Notes: generated by a model not told the origin, from the letters alone. A stretch of DNA of 64,000 bases from Spirochaetota bacterium (GCA_043803405.1 JAZDKB010000003.1:32001-96000); one strand, 5' to 3'. Shown: positions 1 through 11,427, numbered from the stretch's first letter. A program made the numbers and translations.

Positions 1-541
1 TGCACAAATTTGTATTCGCGGCTAATATTTCCAGCCCTTTTAAAATCCCAACAGCTTTACCTGTATTTGCGCAGTAAATAAACGCTTCCTCAATCTTCTT
101 CAGCTGGTTATTGTCCTCATCATTTGAAGATTTATATTTATCAAAAGAATAATCTGCAAGGGTCAATCCTTCGGCAATAGCGGATAGAACTTCAATCTCA
201 TCATGCTTTTCAAACTTCGGCAGGATTATATTAATTTTAGGAATGTTTCTCTTTTTGCAGGCCGGAACTATTGTACTCGAATTTTCCCTTAAGGAATCTT
301 TTGTTATTTTCGTCTTTTTCCCCAACCCGACCAGCATAATATTGGGATATTTTTTAAACGGGATAAACATGATCTCCGAAGATTTGCCTTTAAAGGACGA
401 AATGTCGGCGCTCTCTTTAATGAACGCAAATTCCGGAATTATCCGTTTGCTGATTTCTTTTTCGTATTCTTCCGGCAGAAATATTACCGCAGTATCATTC
501 TCTTTAAAATTATAGACCGCCGGCTTTGCAGTCAGTTTCAT
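1..541 (-). CDS. pepA: Leucyl aminopeptidase (M17), N-terminal part, truncated by window edge
   Basis: My own translation of the minus strand from the ATG at 541: MKLTAKPAVYNFKEND...SFKGKSSE...IMLVGLGKK...AIAEGLTLADYSFD..., typical of the M17 N-terminal domain; frame stays open to position 1. Confidence 0.8.
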   Translation of the reverse strand, partial: MKLTAKPAVYNFKENDTAVIFLPEEYEKEISKRIIPEFAFIKESADISSFKGKSSEIMFIPFKKYPNIMLVGLGKKTKITKDSLRENSSTIVPACKKRNIPKINIILPKFEKHDEIEVLSAIAEGLTLADYSFDKYKSSNDEDNNQLKKIEEAFIYCANTGKAVGILKGLEILAANTNLC

Positions 542-629
542 TTTTTGCTCCTCGCTGTTCTTGTGATTATTTCAAAAGCTAATTGCGGATAACAAATTTA
601 TTAAGCTGTTCCGTAAAAGTAAAGAAGAA

Positions 630-998
630 TTATTCCTGTTTTGCACTATACGAGATTGTAAAAAATCCGTTCTCATTTTTTTTTAGCATGATATTTCCAG
701 CAAGCTTCCGGCCTTCCAGCATAAACCCGGACGCGTTGTCTTTTTCAGTAAGAGGTGTGCATTCCCCGCGGTCGAATATCCTTACGCTCCCCCTGCCCTT
801 GCTTACCGGCCCCTCGTAATCGAGGTACTCCTTCCTGTGATCCGCAAGCCTCTCGGCATTTACATGGCTCCCGCTCAAAAGCAAATTCATGTCCGCAAGC
901 CCTATCTTCCATGTCAGCAGAGCATCAGCATCAGATTGCTCTATCATCAAATCATAATGCTCATCTTTACCGGCATGATGCTGAATAACGAATCTCAT
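630..998 (-). CDS. Standalone LigD 3'-phosphoesterase (PE) domain protein
   Basis: RFVIQHH...HYDLMIE...W...RLADHRKEYLDYEG...GRGSVRIFDRG matches the LigD PE motifs (FVxQxH, HxDxRLE, DHxxxYxxFEG). Confidence 0.85.
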   Translation of the reverse strand: MRFVIQHHAGKDEHYDLMIEQSDADALLTWKIGLADMNLLLSGSHVNAERLADHRKEYLDYEGPVSKGRGSVRIFDRGECTPLTEKDNASGFMLEGRKLAGNIMLKKNENGFFTISYSAKQE

Positions 999-1001
999 GT
1001 T

Positions 1002-3128
1002 TCATGCAACCTCAAAGTCGATTCTCATAGTATCGTAAAATACTTCCTTTAAACGCACACGCACCCTGTCGCCTATCCTGTATCTCTTACCAAGCTTTCT
1101 GCCGGTCACAGTGTACTCATCATCATTAACAAGATAATAATCGTCGGTGAGAAACCTGAGCGGGACCATGCCCTCGATCGGCCTGTCTATAAGCGCGACA
1201 AAAAAGCCTGCTTTACCAATGCCGCTTACCACTGCTTCAAAGACTTCGCCGATCTCGCTCTGCATAAATCTGCACGAGATAAGCTTGAAAAGATCGCGCT
1301 CTGCATTCTGTGCTATCCTCTCCAGTTCGGAGCTTTGCTCGCCGATAGGCCCAAGCTCGGAAGCTTCGTACGGAAGCGCTGTTTTATCTATCAGGCTTTT
1401 TAAACAGCGGTGCACAATAAGATCCGGATACCTTCTTATGGGAGATGTAAAATGCGTATAATCCGCAAATCCAAGTCCAAAATGTCCGAGCGGCTCAGCT
1501 CCGTAATATGCCTGCATAAATGATTTTAAAATAATAAAATTTACTACCTTCTCGAATTCTTTACCTTTAACCTGATCCACAACTTTCTGAAGCGCAACCC
1601 CTATATTGCTTGTAGCTTTTAATGAAATACCCAATGTCCTTAAAAAATTACGCAGCGTCTGCATTTTCTCATCGCTTATATTCTCGTGCACCCTGTATAA
1701 AGCAGGAATATTGTTTTCAGTCAGGACCCTCGAAACTACTTCATTGGCGCTAAGCATAAATTCTTCAATCACTAAATGGCTTCGGAGCCTCAGTGCAAAC
1801 CTGATATCCTTCATACTATCCTTATCGTAAATGAGTTCATAATCCGGCAGGTTTAAATCGATGCGGCCGCGCTTCAGGCGATTCTCTTTAAGCTTGGAGG
1901 CAAGCTCGAACATATGCGATAAAACATCATGCAAATTTTTGTTTTTCTTCTCTTTCTTCTTCGCTTCCCCGTCAGTGCCATCAATCGCCATATCTGCTGA
2001 AACATAAGTCATTCTTTTATCAACTTTAATGATTCCTCTGTAAAAGCTGCGGCCTGTCTCATTGCCGTTTTTATCGAAAGATATCTCAACCGAAAGTGTA
2101 AGCCTTTTCTCTCCTTCTTTCAAAGAACAGAGATTGTTTGAAAGAAGCTCGGGCAGCATCGGAATAACCGAATTTCCGAGATAATAACTCGTGCCTCTTT
2201 TAAACGCTTCCCTGTCCAGTTCGCTTCCCTTCTTCACGTAAGACGATACATCCGCAATATGTATATAAAGGACGTAGCCGCTGTCCGTTACATCCAGCGA
2301 TACGGCATCGTCAAAGTCCTTTGCCCTCTCGCCGTCTATGGTAATTGTAAAAAGTTTAGTGTAATCCTTGCGCCCGCGGGCTTCAGCTTTCATCACCTTG
2401 TTTTCAACGCCATCCAGTTCCGCATATTCTTTATGAGCGCCTGGGAGCGAATGCTTTGCAACAATGCGATCAACATCGTATTTGTCCTCATTGGAAAAAA
2501 AACTTTCAACAACGCATTCCTGCTTACCGGAAATATATTTGTCTGTGAGCCGTAATATCGCGAAGTCCGCCTTCTGCCCTTCTTTTGACGTCCCGGCGCA
2601 TACATCCATTTCGCCGTACGTGTCGAGGAGCTTGAAATAGATATAATTGCCGGATCTGTTCATCACCTTTGCGAAATACTGCTCCCTCTTCCGCTCTAAT
2701 ACCTTAATTATTTCTCCGGAATATACCCCGTCCCTGAAGTCAGTTAGCCTGCCTTCAACTTTATCATTATTACGTGCCTTATTTATCTGGTCTTTTGAAA
2801 TTATTATTTCATCACCATCATTTGTTTTTAAAACACCATTACCGCTGGAATTTAGAATTAATTTGCCAGATAATCTAAAACGGCGGTTTTTAACATAAGT
2901 CTTTCTTTTTTTCTCCAGATACCCAATGGAGACGAGCGCATTCAATACTGTACCGACTTTCGACAGAGCCTCGCTTTCGCGCGAACCGCCTTTTTTCTTA
3001 TGTTTGCCGGCTTTCGCTTTCTTTTCTTTTACAGGAGGAGAAAGCAAGGATTTAGTTATGTCACGCGCAGTAAACGGCGGGTCATTTTCATTTATATATG
3101 TTACAATTCTTTTTGAGGCTATTGGCAT
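1002..3128 (-). CDS. rnr: Ribonuclease R (RNB + S1)
   Basis: TIDGERAKDFDDAVS, HIADVS, HFTSPIRRYPDLIVHR and a C-terminal S1 domain. Confidence 0.95.
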   Translation of the reverse strand: MPIASKRIVTYINENDPPFTARDITKSLLSPPVKEKKAKAGKHKKKGGSRESEALSKVGTVLNALVSIGYLEKKRKTYVKNRRFRLSGKLILNSSGNGVLKTNDGDEIIISKDQINKARNNDKVEGRLTDFRDGVYSGEIIKVLERKREQYFAKVMNRSGNYIYFKLLDTYGEMDVCAGTSKEGQKADFAILRLTDKYISGKQECVVESFFSNEDKYDVDRIVAKHSLPGAHKEYAELDGVENKVMKAEARGRKDYTKLFTITIDGERAKDFDDAVSLDVTDSGYVLYIHIADVSSYVKKGSELDREAFKRGTSYYLGNSVIPMLPELLSNNLCSLKEGEKRLTLSVEISFDKNGNETGRSFYRGIIKVDKRMTYVSADMAIDGTDGEAKKKEKKNKNLHDVLSHMFELASKLKENRLKRGRIDLNLPDYELIYDKDSMKDIRFALRLRSHLVIEEFMLSANEVVSRVLTENNIPALYRVHENISDEKMQTLRNFLRTLGISLKATSNIGVALQKVVDQVKGKEFEKVVNFIILKSFMQAYYGAEPLGHFGLGFADYTHFTSPIRRYPDLIVHRCLKSLIDKTALPYEASELGPIGEQSSELERIAQNAERDLFKLISCRFMQSEIGEVFEAVVSGIGKAGFFVALIDRPIEGMVPLRFLTDDYYLVNDDEYTVTGRKLGKRYRIGDRVRVRLKEVFYDTMRIDFEVA

Positions 3129-3199
3129 TCTTTTTCCCTGAAATTCAATAAGTAGATTTTTAAACTATTATAATAAGTTTAATTTTATTTGTCCAACAT

Positions 3200-5263
3200 T
3201 TATACAGAACCTAAATATTCAATATTATAACCGCTATTAATAACTTCTTCTATTATACTATTTTTCGATTCATAGCCCTGAAAAAACAAATTATTAATTT
3301 CAATGATATTATCATGCGGTGAAGCCAGAATATTTTTCAAGCTCTTATTAATATTGTTTGGATTGAATACATTCCGCTTATTCCCTGCGGATTCGGCAAT
3401 GTTGAGCTTGATGCCGTCAGCATCAAGAATCCGGCAAAACTTATTTAAATTTCCGCTGAACATAAAGTCGGATGTAATGCGGCATTTTGATACAATTATT
3501 TTTTTTATTAAATATGTATAATTTTTCAGATTTTTATAATCCGGCACAGGAATGCAGAGGGTTATATTCCGAATATTGTTCCGGCAGCAATATCCCGCAA
3601 TAATATCCGCTTCTTCGATACTGTGCAACTGCCCAAACATAACAGGATCGACTTTTTCGGTTTGCACTATTATAATTCTGCTGTTGCCTTCGAGCAATGC
3701 TATATTGTTCGCATTTACCGAATAATTGTACGAAAGAATAGCCCATGCAGACACAACTGAAACACAAACAGAAAGTGGAAATAACTTTTTATTCAGTTTA
3801 ACCGGAATGACAGGCAAAAGAAAAAGCAGGTACGGCAGTAAAAGCAGTGCGCTTTTGCTGCCAGTAATTGCGAAATGGCCATTTATACCGGAGAAATACT
3901 TTATCACTTGAAGGCTTATTGAATACAGACCGTCGGTAAAGAAAGCGAAGTATTCCGCAGGCTGTATAGCAAAGACCGAGATCACATTAGCTGCAACCGA
4001 CAGTATCAGCATCCAGGACATTGAAAACACAAGTACTATATTCGAGAAAAGCCCTGCAAGATTGATTTCGTTCAGCCGGAGAAATATAACAGGCAAAACA
4101 AAAGTCTGGGCTGATAAGGTTACGGCAAGAGCTTTCGAAATTACCGAAGGCAAGGATGAGAAAGCGTTTTTATAAAAGTTAAAGAATAGTATTATCCCGA
4201 ACGTGGCCCCGAATGAGAGCTGAAATCCCAGGCTGTACAGTTCATAAGGATGAATCGCAAGAATGATGACTGCGGAAATAAAAAGCGTGTTGAAAATATT
4301 TTTTTCAAGATCGAATATATACTGTATTGAGAACACATAAAACATAACGAATGCCCTTAGCAGGGAAACCGGCATATCTGTTATGAACAGGTAAAATAAT
4401 ACAACGAGCGCGATCATTATGCGGAGTATTTTTCTGTTTATCAGCAACGGGCTGAGCGCTATGAGCAATGCTCCTGCTATTATGCCTATATGTTCGCCGC
4501 TTGCTGCAAGTATATGCAAAGCGCCCGCTCTTTTAAAATCAGCAGTCGTGGATTTATCCACATAGCTGCCGTTCGCAAAATACAATCCCTTTAAAACCGG
4601 GACCGTTTTTTTTTCGAATAGTTTTAACAAATTATTTTCGATTGAGATCCTGATACTATCTTTTAACACCGGAGGAGCATTCTTTATTATTTTAAAATTT
4701 TTCCGGTTGAGATAAAAAATAAATTTTACGCCCTTTCTGAAAAGGTCAGTTTCAAAAGACGAACTGTTTTTATTCCCAGGTATAATTTCTTTCGGCCTGG
4801 CATGAATTTCAATTTTATCGCCGGGATTTACTTTTATATCTTTATCAAGATAGGTTACAGCTGAGTTTATCATTTGAAAAAAACCGGATGGATTCACATT
4901 CTGTTCGTAAAAACTTAACTCTACTTCGGAGCTGTACCTCAAATCCTTCACGGATTCAATGGTTGCCATAAATTTATGGGAATGCAGATTAATTGGCGCT
5001 GTCCTGTACTGAAGCAATATCTGTATAACAATCACCAGGCAGATAATGACAGGAATGAACGCGTTAAAAAAAGACCGAGAAGTACGTCGTATAAATAGAA
5101 TAAATAATAAAAGAGAAAGCAGTGTAATAAAAATACCGATCGCTGTATTTGAATGTAAATCGAATAAGCAGGAATAAACAGAGAAAATTATAGTGCAGGC
5201 AAGCAGCAAAGAAAAAAAAGAAGGAACAAGAATTAAATTTGCGATTCTTTTATATTCTTCCAA
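3200..5263 (-). CDS. comEC: ComEC/Rec2 competence membrane protein
   Basis: FKRAGALHILAASGEHIG, SLLRA and GFQLSF competence-domain motifs; many TM helices. Confidence 0.85.
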   Translation of the reverse strand: MEEYKRIANLILVPSFFSLLLACTIIFSVYSCLFDLHSNTAIGIFITLLSLLLFILFIRRTSRSFFNAFIPVIICLVIVIQILLQYRTAPINLHSHKFMATIESVKDLRYSSEVELSFYEQNVNPSGFFQMINSAVTYLDKDIKVNPGDKIEIHARPKEIIPGNKNSSSFETDLFRKGVKFIFYLNRKNFKIIKNAPPVLKDSIRISIENNLLKLFEKKTVPVLKGLYFANGSYVDKSTTADFKRAGALHILAASGEHIGIIAGALLIALSPLLINRKILRIMIALVVLFYLFITDMPVSLLRAFVMFYVFSIQYIFDLEKNIFNTLFISAVIILAIHPYELYSLGFQLSFGATFGIILFFNFYKNAFSSLPSVISKALAVTLSAQTFVLPVIFLRLNEINLAGLFSNIVLVFSMSWMLILSVAANVISVFAIQPAEYFAFFTDGLYSISLQVIKYFSGINGHFAITGSKSALLLLPYLLFLLPVIPVKLNKKLFPLSVCVSVVSAWAILSYNYSVNANNIALLEGNSRIIIVQTEKVDPVMFGQLHSIEEADIIAGYCCRNNIRNITLCIPVPDYKNLKNYTYLIKKIIVSKCRITSDFMFSGNLNKFCRILDADGIKLNIAESAGNKRNVFNPNNINKSLKNILASPHDNIIEINNLFFQGYESKNSIIEEVINSGYNIEYLGSV

Positions 5264-5825
5264 CTTTATATACCATACCCAGTTTCGCTCCTAATGAGAA
5301 TTTTGAAGAATCATCGCCCATGCCGAAACGTCCGTATCTGGCGAGGACATCGAATACGAGTTTCCATTCGCGCGAAATATCAAACACTAGTCCGGTTGTG
5401 CCGTTAAGGCCGCCGCCGTTATAGCTTTTATCGGACGGAGGAGTTTCGAGATATGCGCCTATACCGCATGTAAATGCGAACTCAGGAAACAAAGGGAATG
5501 AATACTTTAACGTGCTGTTATAAATTAAATGCTGAACCGATACATCGGGTTTTCCGCTGCTGAAATTATTAATATATTCAAGAGAAAATTCACCAATGAA
5601 TCTCCTTACGTATATGTTAAGCAGGCAACCGCCGCTTACGAAATAACCGGTAATTACTTTTGATATTCTTGTGTCCGTTTCCGACGACCAGCCTCTGTAC
5701 GCGACCTGGTTATAGCCGCCTCCGACAACAGGCCCCATGTAAGTAAAAAAAAGCTCCTCCTCCGCTGCTTTAAGCCCGCTGGCGCTAAAAAGAATAAAAA
5801 GCAATATAATCGCTGTTTTTTTCAT
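5250..5825 (-). CDS. Putative small outer-membrane beta-barrel protein
   Basis: Signal peptide, alternating amphipathic strands, aromatic-rich C-terminal strand. Confidence 0.55.
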   Translation of the reverse strand: MKKTAIILLFILFSASGLKAAEEELFFTYMGPVVGGGYNQVAYRGWSSETDTRISKVITGYFVSGGCLLNIYVRRFIGEFSLEYINNFSSGKPDVSVQHLIYNSTLKYSFPLFPEFAFTCGIGAYLETPPSDKSYNGGGLNGTTGLVFDISREWKLVFDVLARYGRFGMGDDSSKFSLGAKLGMVYKVGRI

Positions 5826-5832
5826 AAAAGTT

Positions 5833-6534
5833 CTATCTTATATCCAGAGGATTTTTAACAACCTGCGCATTGGCAGGCGCCTTAAAATTAAATACTCCAG
5901 GGGCTATTTTTTCTCCGGTCTTTACATCAAAAAATTTTATTACAAAGCCGTCGCTGTTAATGTCTTTAAATACGGCATTCACGGGAATAAAATCCTTTGT
6001 AAGGACAAATTTAACTTCTGAATATTTTCTGCCCTCATTCACCAGCTCAATAGCGGGCTGGGAAGGATCTTCAATAAATTTGGCTTCATAAGTCCGGAAG
6101 AACCGCGATATCCCGCCCATCAGCCTAGGCTTAACATCTTTACCATGATTCTCGCTATTCTCCTTATCCTTATCTGCTTCAGTTGTTTCCAGTTCCTGTA
6201 TACCGCAAACCTCGGTGGATGCATCATAAGTCCATAATTTTTTGCCGTTGGTGATAATAAGCTTGCCGGGCGGGTCCGTGAACTTTACATACATTTTTCC
6301 CGGCCGCATGTACATGAATATGCCGGAATAAACCTCGCCGGTCTGATACGAAATCGTCAACCTTCCCTTTATTGTATCCGCGCTGTTAAGCCGGCTCATT
6401 AGCCTGGTCATTGCTTCTTCGCCGGTTAATGCGAAAACCGGGCATACATAACTCAGCAGAAATAACAGGACACATAACAACTTTATTTTATAACGCATAA
6501 CAGAAATCATAATAAGATAAAGTTTCAAGGTCAA
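5833..6534 (-). CDS. lolA: Outer-membrane lipoprotein carrier LolA family
   Basis: [26 protein letters not shown] and [12 protein letters not shown] motifs; true start may be the ATG at 6498. Confidence 0.8.
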   Translation of the reverse strand: MTLKLYLIMISVMRYKIKLLCVLLFLLSYVCPVFALTGEEAMTRLMSRLNSADTIKGRLTISYQTGEVYSGIFMYMRPGKMYVKFTDPPGKLIITNGKKLWTYDASTEVCGIQELETTEADKDKENSENHGKDVKPRLMGGISRFFRTYEAKFIEDPSQPAIELVNEGRKYSEVKFVLTKDFIPVNAVFKDINSDGFVIKFFDVKTGEKIAPGVFNFKAPANAQVVKNPLDIR

Positions 6535-8021
6535 TCTATTTTTTCGGGCCTTAAAAGCGGGAAAAGGATCGTATCCTTTATGGATGAGCTGTTGATAAAG
6601 AACATAACCAGCCGGTCTATGCCGATTCCCATCCCGGCCGCAGGCGGCATCCCGTACTCCAGTGCGCAGATGTAATCGCTGTCCATCATCTGTGCCTCAT
6701 CGTCGCCTGCCTCCCTTTTCCGCACCTGATCCTCGAACCTGGCTTTCTGATCGAACGGGTCGTTCAGCTCGGTAAACGCGTTGCCGATCTCCCTGCCTGC
6801 AATATAGGGCTCAAACCGTTCGACAAATTCCGGATTATCTTCCATGGATTTGGAAAGCGGCGAAAGTTCCTTCGGGTAATCCATGATAATGGTAGGCTGT
6901 ATCAGTTTATCCTCAACCCTCTCTTCAAATATTTCATTGGCGATGTTCCATTTCGACATATCATCCGCGACCTCAAGGCCGAGCGACTTCGCGGCCTCGC
7001 GCGCTTCTTCAACTGTTTGAATTTTATTAAAATCGACGTTGGTATATTGTTTAATCACATTAATAAAAGTAATCTTTTCCCATGGAGGTGCAAGCTCAAT
7101 TGTGGAGCCCTGGTACTCTATTGCTGTTTTACCCAGATGCTTAAGAGCCAACGAAGAAACCATTTCCTGCACCAGATCCATCATATATGAATAATCCTGA
7201 TATGCGGAGTAAAGCTCAAGCATGGTAAATTCCGGATTATGCTTTGTGTCTATCCCTTCGTTCCTGAAATTTCTGTTAAGCTCGAACACCCTTTCGAAAC
7301 CGCCGACAAGAAGCCTTTTAAGATACAGCTCCGGTGCTATCCGCAGATAAAGATCAATGTCGAGCGCGTTATGATGGGTAATGAACGGCCTTGCCGCTGC
7401 GCCGCCCGGAATAGACTGCATCATCGGGGTCTCAACCTCAAGGTAAGCTCGTTCCGTGAGGAACTCCCTTATGCCGCTTATAATTTTGCTTCTCAGTATA
7501 AAATCCGCCCTTACGCCCGGGCTGACTGCAAGGTCAACATATCTTTGCCTGTACCTGAGTTCCCTGTCCGCGAACTCATCGAACAGCTGGCCGTCTTTCT
7601 CTTTAACGACCGGCAAAGGCCGTATGCACTTTGCCAGTAGCCTGATCTCCTGTACTTTTATGGATATCTCTCCGTGCTTGGTTCTGAATGTCGAGCCCTT
7701 TACTCCTACGACGTCCCCTATATCGAATGTCGTAAATATCCCGAAGCCTTCCTTCCCAAGGGCGTCTTCCCTTGCATAGAGCTGAATAGTGCCGGATATA
7801 TCTTCAAGATGCGCAAACGCGGCCTTGCCCATGGGTCTCTTGGATTTTAACCGCCCTCCAACATTAACCTCTTTCGACTCTTCATCTTTAAAATTGCTTT
7901 TTATATCAGCAGCATAATCGCTTTTAAAATATTTAACGGGATAAGGATTAATGCCTTTCTTTTTTAAATCCTCTACCTTTTCTATTCTTTGTTTTATTAA
8001 TTGTGATACTTCTTCGCTCAT
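6531..8021 (-). CDS. lysS: Lysyl-tRNA synthetase, class II
   Basis: [40 protein letters not shown]. Confidence 0.98.
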   Translation of the reverse strand: MSEEVSQLIKQRIEKVEDLKKKGINPYPVKYFKSDYAADIKSNFKDEESKEVNVGGRLKSKRPMGKAAFAHLEDISGTIQLYAREDALGKEGFGIFTTFDIGDVVGVKGSTFRTKHGEISIKVQEIRLLAKCIRPLPVVKEKDGQLFDEFADRELRYRQRYVDLAVSPGVRADFILRSKIISGIREFLTERAYLEVETPMMQSIPGGAAARPFITHHNALDIDLYLRIAPELYLKRLLVGGFERVFELNRNFRNEGIDTKHNPEFTMLELYSAYQDYSYMMDLVQEMVSSLALKHLGKTAIEYQGSTIELAPPWEKITFINVIKQYTNVDFNKIQTVEEAREAAKSLGLEVADDMSKWNIANEIFEERVEDKLIQPTIIMDYPKELSPLSKSMEDNPEFVERFEPYIAGREIGNAFTELNDPFDQKARFEDQVRKREAGDDEAQMMDSDYICALEYGMPPAAGMGIGIDRLVMFFINSSSIKDTILFPLLRPEKID

Positions 8022-8188
8022 CTCTACACTCCGTTTTTTTCTTAGAAAAGATTGCTATTAATAACATACATGTCAAACTGTTTTTATTTTAAAAGAGTTG
8101 GAATTTTAACTGAGAATTTAATATATTGATTAATACTATTGCGAAGAATAACTTTTAAAGTTAAACATTTCGCAGCTAAGGAGAGTTT

Positions 8189-9325
8189 ATGGATTACACG
8201 CTTGAAACAGGGCCAATCAGGCCGCCGAGCGAAGCGGAAAGCCTGCTTCTGCGGCTTACAAGAAACTGCACATGGAACAAATGCGGATTTTGCAATATAT
8301 ACAAGGGAAAAGAATTTTCCAGAAGACCAGTCGAAGAGATTAAAAAAGAGATCGATGCAATTCAGCATATATCCGACGAGTTAAAGGCAGTATCTCAAAA
8401 GATGGGACACGGTGGCAGAATAGACGGGGATGTAGTGGAAAAGGCTATTAAAGCCAACATTTCAATGCAGGAAGAATTTTACAGAATAGGTACATGGCTT
8501 TACCTGGGGGCAAAGACAGTATTCCTGCAGGATGCCAATTCCATGGTAATGAAATCGCAGGATATTATAGATATTCTGAAATATCTCAAGGAAAGATTTC
8601 CCTCGATAGTCCGGATTACAACTTATGCGAGATCAAAAACCGTCAGCAAAAAAACGCTCCAGGAACTGAAGGATCTCAGGGCAGCAGGGCTTACAAGAAT
8701 GCATATAGGCATGGAGTCAGGTTCCGATAAAGTCCTGGAACTGATAAATAAAGGCGTTACTGCCGCGGATCACATCATTGCAGGTCAAAAAGCAATGGAA
8801 GCAGGATTTGATCTATCTGAATATTTTATGCCCGGACTTGGCGGTCGTGAGCTGTCCGAAGAGAATGCAAAAGAATCGGCAAGGGTGCTAAACGCGATAA
8901 ACCCGACATTTATCCGCATACGCAGCACAGTACCGGTGCCGCGCACGCCTCTTTATGAAATGATGACCGAAAAAAAATGGATACCTCTCACTGAAGAGGA
9001 AAAAGTAAGAGAACTCAGGATTTTTATTGAAAATCTTAAAGGCATAACCAGCACTTTTTTAAGCGACCACATAATGAATCTGCTCGAAGATCTGGGGGGA
9101 GATTTCCCGCAGGGTAAAAAAGACATGCTGATGCTTATTGACGACTTTTTAAAAATGGATACGGAAGATAAGGAAAATTTTATAATAGGCAGAAGGCTTG
9201 GCCATTACAGGTATCTTTCGGATTACAGAAGAGAGAAAAAGATTACGGATATTAAGAAACAAATCCTCCAGAATTATTCTTCAGTGGATGATGCTGTTTT
9301 GCAGATCTTAAAAAGTTATATTTAA
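8189..9325 (+). CDS. Radical SAM protein
   Basis: CTWNKCGFC (CxxxCxxC), IRPPSEA N-terminus, HIGMESG. Confidence 0.9.
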   Translation: MDYTLETGPIRPPSEAESLLLRLTRNCTWNKCGFCNIYKGKEFSRRPVEEIKKEIDAIQHISDELKAVSQKMGHGGRIDGDVVEKAIKANISMQEEFYRIGTWLYLGAKTVFLQDANSMVMKSQDIIDILKYLKERFPSIVRITTYARSKTVSKKTLQELKDLRAAGLTRMHIGMESGSDKVLELINKGVTAADHIIAGQKAMEAGFDLSEYFMPGLGGRELSEENAKESARVLNAINPTFIRIRSTVPVPRTPLYEMMTEKKWIPLTEEEKVRELRIFIENLKGITSTFLSDHIMNLLEDLGGDFPQGKKDMLMLIDDFLKMDTEDKENFIIGRRLGHYRYLSDYRREKKITDIKKQILQNYSSVDDAVLQILKSYI

Positions 9326-11427
9326 ATTATCTTTTTTTCAAATTCTTTGGGAGTCACTGGTTTGGAAAAGTAATAACCCTGGAACTGGTCGCATTTATGG
9401 AAAACAAGAAAATCCAGCTGCTCTTTCTTTTCCACGCCTTCTGCGATCACGTTAAAACCGAGATTATGAGCCAGATCAATAATTGTAGTTGTAATTATTG
9501 ATGAAGTCTTATTAAAAGGAATGCCGTCAATAATGGATTTATCTATCTTAAGCGTATCAATGGGATAATCTTTCAATTTGCTGAGCGATGAGTAACCTGT
9601 CCCGAAGTCGTCAATGGAAATAGCAATGCCCAGGCTATGGATCTCATTCATTTTCTCAATGCTTTCTTTTTCATTCTTAAAGATGCCGGTTTCGGTTATC
9701 TCAACTTCCAGCCATTTCGGGTCAAGCCCTGTTTTAATTAGAATTTTTTCAATATCGTTTACCAGTGTCTTTTGACTGAATTGAATCGGGGACAAATTCA
9801 CAGACACACGGATGCTTTTGCAGCCTATATCCTGCCAGTTTTTATTCTGCAAACATGATTGTTCCAGTATAATATTGCCTATCCCGATAATCATACTGTT
9901 CTTTTCCGCTATAGGAATAAACTGAACAGGCGGTACCAGCCCCCTGACGGGCGACACCCATCTTATCAGGGATTCCATTCCTACTATGTTGCCGTCGTAT
10001 GTTACCTTAGGCTGATAATAGGCGATAAATTCTTTATTAGAAATTGCAGTCTTTAATTCTTTTTCAATCTGAAAGCGGGTAATGATTTCCTCATTTAATT
10101 TAGGATCAAAGAAATGAGTTAAGTTACTCTGCTCCTTTGCGGTAAACATCGCCGCTTCGCTGTTCTTGATGATAATATCCGGAGTCACTCCATCCTCAGG
10201 GTACAGGCAGATTCCAATGCTTACGCTGATAGTAAACTGGTTTTCCTCGACTTTAATGCTGTCGGTAAATATGTCCCTGGTCTTTTTTACAAGCTGGCCC
10301 GCATCGTCGCGGCTGGCAATATCCGAAAATAAAATCATGAATTTATCGCCGTCGAAGCGGGATACGACATCCTTATTATAAAGCGATTTCTCAAGCCTGT
10401 GCGCAATTTCCGCCAGTAAAACATCGCCAGTTTCCGGTCCGTAAATATTATTTATGCTTTTAAAACCATTAATGCCGAGACACATCACCGCAAATATATC
10501 CGTTTTGCCGCGCCTTTCATTTTTATTGATTTCATTCTGAATATATGTTTTAAAATATTCCTTGTTTGGCAGCTTTGTGAGCTGGTCATAATATGTTAAA
10601 TTATAAATGCGCTCCTCTGCGTTTTTTCTTTTCGAAATATCTATTATTATCCCGTCTATTATTTTTTCATCTTTGTAATATTTAAATGACGCCTCAGCCC
10701 AGAATGTTCCTCCCTGTTTTCCTGTGAACTGTATCTCAAAATTACTGATTTTGCCTTTTTCAAGAATGCCGCCGAAAAATGACTCCCTGACATTATTATC
10801 AGCGCAAATATCACGGATATTGATTTTGTTGACCAGATCTTCCTTGCCGGTAAAGCCAAGCATTTTAATCGCTAACTCATTAATAGCAGTTATCGCTCCG
10901 CTGTCGTCGGTTGTAATCATTCCGACAAGAGCATTCTCGTAAAGGCATCTGAACTTTGCTTCGCTGTCGCGCAGGGCTTTCTCCGATGCTTTACGCTCCG
11001 AGATATCATGCGAATTCTCTACAAATCCTACCGGTATATTCTCTTCATTTCGTAATAAAGTTATTGCAGTGAGAGCAGGAAAAAGACTGCCGTCTTTTTT
11101 TTTATGGATTATTTCATCTTCATAAAAATCGTTTTCCATTACATTCTTAATAAACTCATTTATACTAATACTATTCCCTTCATTAAAAAAATAATCCGTT
11201 ACTTTTGTATTTATCAGCTCATCTGTACAACAATCATGCATGGCTGCCCAGGCTTTGTTCACGAACTGTATGCGCCCTCTTAAATCGGCAATAATAATTC
11301 CATCAACGGACTGTTCAGCTATCATTTTAAAGAGCTTCAGCGACTGCTCGGCATGTTTTAATTCTTTTTCAGCCCTTTCCAGTTGTTTTTCAGCAGTATA
11401 TTTATGCAGAATTTTCCCTTTATTCAT
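9322..11427 (-). CDS. PAS-PAS-GGDEF(degenerate)-EAL c-di-GMP phosphodiesterase
   Basis: Two PAS domains; GGDEF site reads DGDKF (degenerate); EAL domain with ESL and DDFGTGYSS. Confidence 0.9.
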   Translation of the reverse strand: MNKGKILHKYTAEKQLERAEKELKHAEQSLKLFKMIAEQSVDGIIIADLRGRIQFVNKAWAAMHDCCTDELINTKVTDYFFNEGNSISINEFIKNVMENDFYEDEIIHKKKDGSLFPALTAITLLRNEENIPVGFVENSHDISERKASEKALRDSEAKFRCLYENALVGMITTDDSGAITAINELAIKMLGFTGKEDLVNKINIRDICADNNVRESFFGGILEKGKISNFEIQFTGKQGGTFWAEASFKYYKDEKIIDGIIIDISKRKNAEERIYNLTYYDQLTKLPNKEYFKTYIQNEINKNERRGKTDIFAVMCLGINGFKSINNIYGPETGDVLLAEIAHRLEKSLYNKDVVSRFDGDKFMILFSDIASRDDAGQLVKKTRDIFTDSIKVEENQFTISVSIGICLYPEDGVTPDIIIKNSEAAMFTAKEQSNLTHFFDPKLNEEIITRFQIEKELKTAISNKEFIAYYQPKVTYDGNIVGMESLIRWVSPVRGLVPPVQFIPIAEKNSMIIGIGNIILEQSCLQNKNWQDIGCKSIRVSVNLSPIQFSQKTLVNDIEKILIKTGLDPKWLEVEITETGIFKNEKESIEKMNEIHSLGIAISIDDFGTGYSSLSKLKDYPIDTLKIDKSIIDGIPFNKTSSIITTTIIDLAHNLGFNVIAEGVEKKEQLDFLVFHKCDQFQGYYFSKPVTPKEFEKKII

